IMG/VR virus record: IMGVR_UViG_3300043756_000069
Span: 1-48,103 of that record
Source: a virus
Lineage: Duplodnaviria > Caudoviricetes
Length of the DNA stretch: 48,103 bases
Direction: 5' to 3' (one strand)
The notes below the pieces were generated by a model. It did not search any database. It was not told the origin of the DNA and saw nothing but the letters and a program-made list of their open reading frames with translations. Shown here piece by piece: positions 27,864 through 34,831 of this stretch (its first letter is position 1; each line of letters opens with the position of its first letter). Made by a program: the position numbers and the translations under genes.

Positions 27864-28109
27864 ATGGCGGATGCACCTGCATCTTCTACACCACGTCCGC
27901 GCCGTTCACGCAGTCGTGCACCAGTGAAGACTGGTGTCACTGTTGTGTACCTTCAAGAGCGTGAAAGTAAAAACTTCATGCGCTTCGAAGAGGAAGTGGA
28001 AAACGGTAAAGACCCGATTGTCGGCAGTTACTTTTACATCGGTAAGCCACTGTTTGACAGGTTGGGTAAGCCTGATGCTATCGAAGTGCAGATAAAGCCA
28101 ACCGAGTAA
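27864..28109 (+). CDS. Hypothetical protein
   Basis: RBS tail. Confidence 0.7.
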   Translation: MADAPASSTPRPRRSRSRAPVKTGVTVVYLQERESKNFMRFEEEVENGKDPIVGSYFYIGKPLFDRLGKPDAIEVQIKPTE

Positions 28110-28186
28110 CACACAGTGCAGTGGCGTGTCACAACGTCACTGCACTTTCCCACTAAGGGATAACTCACACTAATAAGGAGTAACTA
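28110..28186 (+). repeat. Hairpin-RBS element copy 14
   Basis: AGTGCAGTGGCGT/GTCACA/ACGTCACTGCACT; TCCC-ACTAA-GGGA; tail. Confidence 0.9.
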
Positions 28187-28366
28187 ATGGGTGCCGATGT
28201 AACTGGAACACGATTCAACGCTCATGGTCGTAAGGTCGAAGATGTAAACATCTTTGTCAATCGCGTTGGTGACAAAGTGTTCCTTCAAATTGAAGGTAAA
28301 GGTCCAGCCAAGATGTATGACATACCTTTGACCGAGTGGCAGAAGATGGTAAACGGTACCAAGTAA
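28187..28366 (+). CDS. Small hypothetical protein (59 aa; not in the ORF track)
   Basis: MGADVTGTRFNAHGRKVEDV...; fills the interval between copies 14 and 15 exactly. Confidence 0.7.
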   Translation: MGADVTGTRFNAHGRKVEDVNIFVNRVGDKVFLQIEGKGPAKMYDIPLTEWQKMVNGTK

Positions 28367-28431
28367 CACAGTGTGGTGACGTGTCACAACGTCACTACAC
28401 TCTGTAGTAAACACACAACACAAGGAGTAAC
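28367..28431 (+). repeat. Hairpin-RBS element copy 15
   Basis: AGTGTGGTGACGT/GTCACA/ACGTCACTACACT; ACACAAGGAGTAA. Confidence 0.9.
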
Positions 28432-28911
28432 ATGGTTGAAGCTGTACCTGATCCACCTATTGATCCTATGAACTTGAAAGTTCAGTATGGAACAAGGTCA
28501 CTTGGACAGAAGGGTTACATTCTCCAAGACATGCAGTCACTAACTGTTGTCTTTCAGAGTGACTTCAAAGGTGACGTGATCAAGGAAGCACAACAGCGTA
28601 AGAGTTTCACACCTGCCAATGGCAGTGAGGAAACTTACGCACGTCAGTTAGCTGGTGCTGCTGGTGAACAACCAATGACTGAAATGATGACAGTGCGTAG
28701 TGCACTAGCTGGTGCTGTCGCAATGTCACTTGGTGATTACCTCAACTCCGAACAGGTTGAAGGTACTCCACTTGAACAGTATGAGTTTCAGGTGAGTCCC
28801 AATGGTGACACTGCTGTTGTGGTGATGGTTCGTCACACGTCAGATGACAGATGGATTTACACATTCACTGCAAACATCAGTGGTTCGGTCATCCGCACAC
28901 CTGCACAGTGA
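28432..28911 (+). CDS. Hypothetical protein
   Basis: RBS tail; 159 aa. Confidence 0.75.
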   Translation: MVEAVPDPPIDPMNLKVQYGTRSLGQKGYILQDMQSLTVVFQSDFKGDVIKEAQQRKSFTPANGSEETYARQLAGAAGEQPMTEMMTVRSALAGAVAMSLGDYLNSEQVEGTPLEQYEFQVSPNGDTAVVVMVRHTSDDRWIYTFTANISGSVIRTPAQ

Positions 28912-29012
28912 CACTTGGTCAGTGGTTCGTTGACAACCTAGCAATCATCGCTTTACTTGTGGCACTGCCATTTCTTATTGGATGGTTGCTAGACAAGTGG
29001 ATACACAAGTAA
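28908..29012 (+). CDS. Small single-TM peptide (34 aa)
   Basis: GTGA overlap; MTLGQWFVDNLAIIALLVALPFLIGWLLDKWIHK*; stop abuts copy 16. Confidence 0.55.
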   Translation: MTLGQWFVDNLAIIALLVALPFLIGWLLDKWIHK

Positions 29013-29090
29013 CATCAGCACAGCAGTGTGTCATTACGCTGCTGTGTTCTCCGCCAACCGGCGGTAACTCACACTACAAGGAGTAAGCAC
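29013..29090 (+). repeat. Hairpin-RBS element copy 16
   Basis: AGCACAGCAGTGT/GTCATT/ACGCTGCTGTGTT; CCGCC-AACC-GGCGG; tail. Confidence 0.9.
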
Positions 29091-29477
29091 ATGCCACGCA
29101 CACAGTCAAAGCTTGATCGTATGGCACAGATTGAGTCAGTGTTGAATGACGCTGACCTACTGACCGATTACCTTCAAGAGATTACTGACCACATCGAACA
29201 GCTAACTACTTTGCAGGAAGCTGTTCAGGAAGTCACTGAGTATGTCACTGAGGGAATGAACACTGTGTCAGAAGCACAGGGTTACCATGAAGATCGACAG
29301 TGGGAAGATCGTGACAGTCAACTGTCAGAACTTCAAGACAACCTGGAACGTATCGAAAGTGCACTCAACACTATCGGTGGTGTTGAACTGAGTGAACTTC
29401 GTTCAGTGGATGATGAAGTGAACACTATCCATGACAAGGTGGCAGAAGCACAGGAAGAGTTAGGTCACCTGATCTGA
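29091..29477 (+). CDS. Hypothetical coiled-coil protein
   Basis: Start reassigned after the RBS (MPRTQSK...). Confidence 0.7.
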   Translation: MPRTQSKLDRMAQIESVLNDADLLTDYLQEITDHIEQLTTLQEAVQEVTEYVTEGMNTVSEAQGYHEDRQWEDRDSQLSELQDNLERIESALNTIGGVELSELRSVDDEVNTIHDKVAEAQEELGHLI

Positions 29478-29548
29478 CACACAACACAGTGGCGAGTCAC
29501 ATCGCTGCTGTGTTCTTACCCTACTAACACACTCACACAAGGAGTAAG
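29478..29548 (+). repeat. Hairpin-RBS element copy 17
   Basis: AACACAGTGGCGA/GTCACA/TCGCTGCTGTGTT; CACTCACACAAGGAGTAA. Confidence 0.9.
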
Positions 29549-29803
29549 ATGGCAAAGGAACATTACGTCACTGAGGATCGCATCATGGTCTATGAAGGTG
29601 ACTTGGTGTATGACTACTACAGCATGGAACCTGTCATCATTGGTAGACCATGTGGTGGTGGTTGGTTTGACACACTGTCAATCACTGACGCCAACAAGCG
29701 TTCACGTGCAGGTATGTTGAACGGTCAGCGTATCTGTTCAATTGAATACGCTGCACTGAAAGACTTTGATGGTGCAAAGGATGCACTGAACAAGGTCACC
29801 TAA
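29549..29803 (+). CDS. Hypothetical protein
   Basis: RBS tail. Confidence 0.7.
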   Translation: MAKEHYVTEDRIMVYEGDLVYDYYSMEPVIIGRPCGGGWFDTLSITDANKRSRAGMLNGQRICSIEYAALKDFDGAKDALNKVT

Positions 29804-30018
29804 TGCCAAAGCAAGGTTACGATTACAGGTTACGTTGTCTTATTGACGGTGATGCACTTGAGGCTTACCAAGGAAAGTCAGGTGACTATTTCGGCTGGTA
29901 TGAAGGTGAAGTGGTGACACTTGAAGTGAAACACAAACATCACACACTGAACATCAAGCTGGACGAAAAAGGTAACGTGTCCCTGCAACGTCACATCAAT
30001 CCTCACGTAATAACGTAA
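29803..30018 (+). CDS. Hypothetical protein
   Basis: TAATG coupling. Confidence 0.65.
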   Translation: MPKQGYDYRLRCLIDGDALEAYQGKSGDYFGWYEGEVVTLEVKHKHHTLNIKLDEKGNVSLQRHINPHVIT

Positions 30019-30095
30019 CGTCAACCAGTGAGTGAGTCACTTCGCTCACTGGTTCTGTCAGCAATAAAGCTGACTACTCACAAGGAGTAACACTT
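30019..30095 (+). repeat. Hairpin-RBS element copy 18
   Basis: AACCAGTGAGTGA/GTCACT/TCGCTCACTGGTT; GTCAGC-AATAAA-GCTGAC; CTCACAAGGAGTAA. Confidence 0.9.
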
Positions 30096-30284
30096 ATGCC
30101 CGGTTACTATCGGTTGCGTGCAACTGATACAGGCTTTCAACTGTCATGGGTAGGTAACACCATGTCAATAAACATCGACGATGACGGAAGTCACGGTCCA
30201 ATCGCTGAGTTGTATCAGCGAGTGGATCAAGTGTTCCATGACAGTAGGAAGGAAGCAGAAAGGTCACACAGTGAAACCGAGTGA
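30096..30284 (+). CDS. Small hypothetical protein
   Basis: RBS tail. Confidence 0.65.
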   Translation: MPGYYRLRATDTGFQLSWVGNTMSINIDDDGSHGPIAELYQRVDQVFHDSRKEAERSHSETE

Positions 30285-30501
30285 AAAGAATCCAGCCATT
30301 GACGCAACACTGACAGCAATGTTTGGTGTTGACAGACAAGCGTCAATCAAAGAGAACGTGTGCATTGATCCGCCAATTGGTTGTGGTCAACCAATCAGTA
30401 ACTTTGCACTGTGGTCTGAGATTGAACAGTCAGAGTACAAGATCAGTGGTCTGTGTCAATCATGTCAGCGTGAAATATTCAAGGCTAACTATGACACGTA
30501 G
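30271..30501 (+). CDS. Small zinc-finger-like protein
   Basis: GTG after GAAAGG; 'C....GCG...EYKISGLCQSCQ'. Confidence 0.65.
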   Translation: MKPSEKNPAIDATLTAMFGVDRQASIKENVCIDPPIGCGQPISNFALWSEIEQSEYKISGLCQSCQREIFKANYDT

Positions 30502-30937
30502 ATTCCCTAGGTTCGAATTCCCTGACTTCAATGATCGCGATGCAGTCATCAGGTTTCAACTTGACAGACTGGATCATTGGGAAGCTGCACACAACAAACG
30601 TATTGAACTAACCATGAAGGACCGTATCACTGTTGACAGTAACGGTGTTGCGACAGTCACATACACAGTTGATGAGTATGAAGAACTGTACAAGTTGACT
30701 AACCTCGCAATGAAGATACGGTTACTGTGGGAAAGCTGTTACTCACGTGATCACTCACTTGAGTTGCTGTATACGTTCGAATACGTTGGCGTGGTGATTG
30801 ACTATCGCCTAGGTCTACGTAAGACACTACGGTCAAGTAACAGTCAGTCAATACCTAAGCTGGCACGTGCAGTGATACGTGACCAGGTTGACGGTATCAT
30901 TGCAGCACTGGATGATATCGAGACACTGACTCAGTAA
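30491..30937 (+). CDS. Hypothetical protein
   Basis: Start reassigned to MTRRFPRF; stop precedes copy 19. Confidence 0.65.
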   Translation: MTRRFPRFEFPDFNDRDAVIRFQLDRLDHWEAAHNKRIELTMKDRITVDSNGVATVTYTVDEYEELYKLTNLAMKIRLLWESCYSRDHSLELLYTFEYVGVVIDYRLGLRKTLRSSNSQSIPKLARAVIRDQVDGIIAALDDIETLTQ

Positions 30938-31014
30938 CACTTGCAGTGTGTGAGTCACATCGCACACTGCAACTCCTGCACAAGCAGGTACTCACACTCA
31001 ACACAAGGAGTAGC
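30938..31014 (+). repeat. Hairpin-RBS element copy 19
   Basis: TTGCAGTGTGTGA/GTCACA/TCGCACACTGCAA; CCTGC-ACAA-GCAGG; tail. Confidence 0.9.
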
Positions 31015-31356
31015 ATGGCAGACAGACATTTCCCTGTCTATGTAGTGAGGTTACCCAACAATGAAGGTTGCGGTCACCAACACAACACTGATGAACAAGC
31101 ATGGAACTGTGCGAGTAACATTGCACATCGCCGCAAGTCACTAGCATGGATACAAGTAGTGAAGATATCCATGCGTGCACACGGTCCGCGTGAAATAATC
31201 ATCGGTCAGGTTGCACAGTACACAACATGTACTGAGTGCAAAGGTCTAGTGCTGACACTGGATAACGGTACTGAACGTGGACACTATGAAACGTGTTCAC
31301 ACTTCACTGCTGGTGATCCTCGTCCTGGTCGTGGAAAGGTGACACTAAGTGACTGA
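31015..31356 (+). CDS. Hypothetical protein (Cys/His motifs)
   Basis: Start after the RBS; CGHQH, CTEC. Confidence 0.7.
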   Translation: MADRHFPVYVVRLPNNEGCGHQHNTDEQAWNCASNIAHRRKSLAWIQVVKISMRAHGPREIIIGQVAQYTTCTECKGLVLTLDNGTERGHYETCSHFTAGDPRPGRGKVTLSD

Positions 31357-31564
31357 TCTAATTCTTGAACAGATGGCATACGAACTAAAGTGTGCACTTG
31401 AAGCGAGAGGATTGGACCCTAGTGATCCACCTAGTCAGTCACAACCACCTGCTGATGCTGCGTTTGCTGAGTATCAGAAACGTGGTGGCACACAGTGCAC
31501 TGACGCACAGTCACTTGCACTGGCACTAGTTGCAGAAGTGGTGAGTCAATCGAAACAAGATTGA
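31349..31564 (+). CDS. Hypothetical protein
   Basis: Overlap-coupled. Confidence 0.6.
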   Translation: MTDLILEQMAYELKCALEARGLDPSDPPSQSQPPADAAFAEYQKRGGTQCTDAQSLALALVAEVVSQSKQD

Positions 31565-31824
31565 AGGAACCGATTGTGCGACAGGAAGACCTAACACCTG
31601 ACACACCTAGAACGTGGTCACAGTTACTAGCCACGTTCAACGTTGGTGATGATGCACGTTGGCGATGTGTACCTAAGCTGGAAGGTGACGGTATACAGTC
31701 AGTCAACATGGCACGTGTGCACGATAAGCAGTTACGTGTGCGTGACAGTAAACGTCACAAGCAACACATTCACCATCAACAGTTACCAGTTGACGAACCG
31801 GAAGAAGTTGAGCGGAGAATCTAG
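31561..31824 (+). CDS. Hypothetical protein
   Basis: Overlap-coupled. Confidence 0.5.
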   Translation: MKEPIVRQEDLTPDTPRTWSQLLATFNVGDDARWRCVPKLEGDGIQSVNMARVHDKQLRVRDSKRHKQHIHHQQLPVDEPEEVERRI

Positions 31825-31991
31825 TGGACATACTCTTGTTCATGGATCACCTGTTCGATGAAGGTGTCAACGTATACATTGGTGACTGTACTCGTCCTGG
31901 TCCAAAGGTGCAACTTGCACCAGAGGATGAGGAAGAACTAGACAAGGTAGTCACTGACATAATCAAACGTCACTTCAAGCGAGACAACTAA
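31824..31991 (+). CDS. Small hypothetical protein (55 aa)
   Basis: GTG overlapping the upstream TAG; TAATG into the next gene. Confidence 0.5.
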   Translation: MDILLFMDHLFDEGVNVYIGDCTRPGPKVQLAPEDEEELDKVVTDIIKRHFKRDN

Positions 31992-32191
31992 TGCACCTAG
32001 CACCAACCAAGCAACTGCACGTGATGACTGCTGGTAAGAAGAAAGCAGTAGTCGAATACGTGGAAGGTGAAACATTCACCAAGTATCGTGTGGTCACCTG
32101 GTATGACGGTCACGTTGTCATGCCTTACTACTGCACCACTGAGGAACGTGCACTAGAACGTGCACGTCAGTACATGCGGAACGCTAGCTAA
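31991..32191 (+). CDS. Hypothetical protein
   Basis: Coupled ORF. Confidence 0.6.
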   Translation: MHLAPTKQLHVMTAGKKKAVVEYVEGETFTKYRVVTWYDGHVVMPYYCTTEERALERARQYMRNAS

Positions 32192-32193
32192 CC

Positions 32194-32370
32194 ATGACAA
32201 GTAGATACCAAGCAAAGCGTAACCTTCTACAGAACGCACTCAGTTACCTAGCAAGTGACATGTACACAGAAGATCATCCAGAGAATCCAAACGGCGATGC
32301 CGAAATGGAAATGAAGGATGAACTGTTACTAGACGCTGCAAGGAAGTTCGTAGAAGCACACACTAGCTAA
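32194..32370 (+). CDS. Small hypothetical protein (58 aa)
   Basis: MTSRYQAKRNLLQNAL...; stop abuts copy 20. Confidence 0.6.
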   Translation: MTSRYQAKRNLLQNALSYLASDMYTEDHPENPNGDAEMEMKDELLLDAARKFVEAHTS

Positions 32371-32449
32371 CACATTGCAGTGTGCGAGTCACATCGTGCA
32401 CTGCAACTATCACTCTCATAACTAACACTCACAACAAGGAGTAATACTC
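32371..32449 (+). repeat. Hairpin-RBS element copy 20
   Basis: TTGCAGTGTGCGA/GTCACA/TCGTGCACTGCAA; TAACTAACACTCACAACAAGGAGTAA. Confidence 0.9.
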
Positions 32450-33112
32450 ATGGAGTATGAGTTTCCACACGAACTAGTGGCGGAGACTGACACACGTGCT
32501 GGCCGCATGTTCAGTGCTGGTGACGTGCGTGTGACAGTTACACAACGTGGTGAACACATTACTATCAGGTTCAAGGCATTACGGGATAACCGTGATGGTG
32601 AAGGTCGTAACTGGTTACGTGTGCCACTGAATGAAGCGTCACATGTGTTCATGGAAGTACCTAACAGCAGTGGTGAATGGCCGGACAAGATCGGCGTGTT
32701 CTATCCACGTACTGGTAAGTTCTTCCAGGTTGACACTGCTGATCCTGAACGTGTCAAAGCTGCAACTCTCGCTGCACGTTGGTTGAATGAAGGTGCACAA
32801 CGTGCAGAGAAGATTGGTGGTTACAGGTTGCAGGAAGAGTCACACTGTGGCGTGTGCGGTCGCACACTGACTGATCCTGAGTCTATTGACTTAGGTATCG
32901 GTCCTGAATGTAACCGACGGCAAACTGGTTCACAACACCAAGTGAAGCAACGTCAGAAGTCAGCATTGAAGTCATACAGTGACAGACACATGACTGCTGA
33001 TGACGCCATCGAAATCATTATGGACATGCCAGATGATGAAGTGGAACGTGTCAGAGAAGAGTTGAACATGTGGCACTCTGCTGACAGTCAATCAACACTG
33101 TTCGACAGATGA
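32450..33112 (+). CDS. DUF6011-domain protein
   Basis: 'CGVCGRTLTDPESIDLGIGPEC'. Confidence 0.8.
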   Translation: MEYEFPHELVAETDTRAGRMFSAGDVRVTVTQRGEHITIRFKALRDNRDGEGRNWLRVPLNEASHVFMEVPNSSGEWPDKIGVFYPRTGKFFQVDTADPERVKAATLAARWLNEGAQRAEKIGGYRLQEESHCGVCGRTLTDPESIDLGIGPECNRRQTGSQHQVKQRQKSALKSYSDRHMTADDAIEIIMDMPDDEVERVREELNMWHSADSQSTLFDR

Positions 33113-33333
33113 AGAGGCAACACATCATCATCAGTAAGAGGCAAGCGAAAGCGATAGCTGACACACTTGCCAGTGCACCTGAGAGTGCACTGTACTACGT
33201 TGAACAGACAGTGGATGACATTGGTGGTACTCACCTGTACTTGCATGACCGTACACTCGCTGATCCTTGTGTACACATAGCGAGGTATTCAGGTAGCGTA
33301 TCACCACGAATGGACAGTGACAGACAGGAGTAA
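33109..33333 (+). CDS. Hypothetical protein
   Basis: ATGA overlap; last gene before the terminator. Confidence 0.65.
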   Translation: MKRQHIIISKRQAKAIADTLASAPESALYYVEQTVDDIGGTHLYLHDRTLADPCVHIARYSGSVSPRMDSDRQE

Positions 33334-33337
33334 TAGT

Positions 33338-33378
33338 AAACCCCTGCCGATCATCGCGATCGGCAGGGGTTTCTTTTT
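33338..33378 (+). terminator. Intrinsic terminator between convergent blocks (possibly bidirectional)
   Basis: AAACCCCTGCCGATC-ATCGC-GATCGGCAGGGGTTT followed by CTTTTT. Confidence 0.85.
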
Positions 33379-33416
33379 GTGACTACTTGTTCGGTAGGTA
33401 CTGAACAAACATACTG

Positions 33417-33599
33417 TTACGGTTCACGACCACGGTTCAGTACCAGTAACACTTTGCACTGGTCACAGTACAACGTCACTGCATCAGTAGCTTTATGGTG
33501 AGTCATCGTTACTGGATGACCTAAGTGTAACTGTATCTCTTCTGTACGTGCAACTGTACGCTCCGGCCAATTCCAATCCGGCCAATCGTCAGTGTTCAT
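33417..33599 (-). CDS. Small hypothetical protein
   Basis: 60 aa; H...CDQC; collinear. Confidence 0.5.
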   Translation of the reverse strand: MNTDDWPDWNWPERTVARTEEIQLHLGHPVTMTHHKATDAVTLYCDQCKVLLVLNRGREP

Positions 33600-33668
33600 T
33601 TGTTTCCCTAGGGTCTGTGCGGATTCGCTGGTTCGTCCAGTTGTAAGCGAGCGGGAATCGCTCTCGCG

Positions 33669-33974
33669 TCAGTAACTTATGGTTACTCGACCGCCAACCG
33701 GCGCACGTTTGTTCAACCATTGTACTGCGTATTTGTAACTGCCATTGGTACGGTATCGATTTTTACGATACCACTCACCACGTTCACGATAAGTGACGTG
33801 TGATTCATGGAACAATTGTTCAACGTTACGGTCAAGTTCCCACCAGTGTATTAGACGTAACTCATACGGACAGCCAACTTGCATATCACCTAACCGTGAC
33901 AGTACACCTTGAAAGGTGTCACTATAACCCACCTTGAAGTAAGGTGTACAGATACAATCAATTAGGTAGATCAT
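33669..33974 (-). CDS. GIY-YIG-like (T5orf172/MUG113) protein
   Basis: 'IYLI......FKVGYS......RL..MQVGCPY.L.......E..FH......RGEWY'. Confidence 0.8.
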   Translation of the reverse strand: MIYLIDCICTPYFKVGYSDTFQGVLSRLGDMQVGCPYELRLIHWWELDRNVEQLFHESHVTYRERGEWYRKNRYRTNGSYKYAVQWLNKRAPVGGRVTISY

Positions 33975-34197
33975 CGTGACGCTGGTTGTACCGGCGGACC
34001 TTGCTAGGTGAAACGTTTGACTCTAACTGATACAGACAGCGACGACACACAACGTACATACTGGTCACCCAATACTTACGCACAAACGGTTTCCATATCT
34101 CGCAGCATGTGCACTGCTGTTCCTCGTTACGGTTGAACTTCATACCCTTACGCTTAGTGTCACGTACTGCAATACCTTTGACATACAGTTCACTCAT
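33958..34197 (-). CDS. Hypothetical zinc-binding protein
   Basis: CTCC...CRRC; coupled. Confidence 0.6.
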   Translation of the reverse strand: MSELYVKGIAVRDTKRKGMKFNRNEEQQCTCCEIWKPFVRKYWVTSMYVVCRRCLYQLESNVSPSKVRRYNQRHDDLPN

Positions 34198-34478
34198 AGT
34201 TGTCTCGGTGTCAGGAATGGATCATCGGCAACTGCACCATACTGGTCACAGTTATACACTGCACCAGTGCGGTTCCATATTGCAAACTCACGAAAGCCAC
34301 CAGCGTCCTTTAGTGTTACTTGTGTCCAAGGACCATCACCTTGTGTAACGATAGTGTCACTACCTGCCAGCTTCTCAGTGGCATATTCAACACGGTAACC
34401 CTGGTGATCAATGTGCACCACTTCCGCAAGTGGATACTCATTCAGTAACATGTTCAGTCCACGTCGCGCTTCACTCAT
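34194..34478 (-). CDS. Hypothetical protein
   Basis: ATGA-coupled. Confidence 0.65.
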   Translation of the reverse strand: MSEARRGLNMLLNEYPLAEVVHIDHQGYRVEYATEKLAGSDTIVTQGDGPWTQVTLKDAGGFREFAIWNRTGAVYNCDQYGAVADDPFLTPRQL

Positions 34479-34831
34479 GCTGCCACTTCCTCTGACATTT
34501 CAACGCACAGTGCAACTGTAGGTTTACCATCCAATCTATTCTTACCGAATGACTTTGCGTAACCAGCGTACAGTAACGTTGTTGATTCCCACTGTATCTT
34601 GATCTTCACCTTCCAACCGAACAGCTTACTGACGAAGTAACCTTCGACGAATGACAAGTTACTGTATGAGTGTAGATACAACTCTCGCATTGGTCGCGGC
34701 CAGTCGGCAATAGCAACACACTTCTCAGGGTGACTACGTAGTATGGGTACATGTCTCTGCTGTTCATCAACTGACAGTGCGTCCCACTTCATTGTCAGTC
34801 GATCAATTACTAGCAGGATGGTTGCGCTCAT
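34475..34831 (-). CDS. Hypothetical protein
   Basis: ATGA-coupled to the helicase. Confidence 0.65.
   Translation of the reverse strand: MSATILLVIDRLTMKWDALSVDEQQRHVPILRSHPEKCVAIADWPRPMRELYLHSYSNLSFVEGYFVSKLFGWKVKIKIQWESTTLLYAGYAKSFGKNRLDGKPTVALCVEMSEEVAA

Noticed and set aside
21216-32449. Integron attC cassette array
   Set aside because: Elements often start with TAAC at the stop codon like an attC inverse core, but there is no terminal GTTRRRY, no conserved extrahelical bases, and no integrase in the window.
21216-32449. CRISPR array
   Set aside because: The repeats are not identical, the 'spacers' are whole genes of variable length, and the Cas4-like gene sits in an ordinary phage recombination module.
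21216-32449. Simple intrinsic terminators
   Set aside because: No U-tract, and the conserved loop and fixed stem length are not expected of terminators; contrast the true terminator at 33338. U-less termination is not fully excluded.
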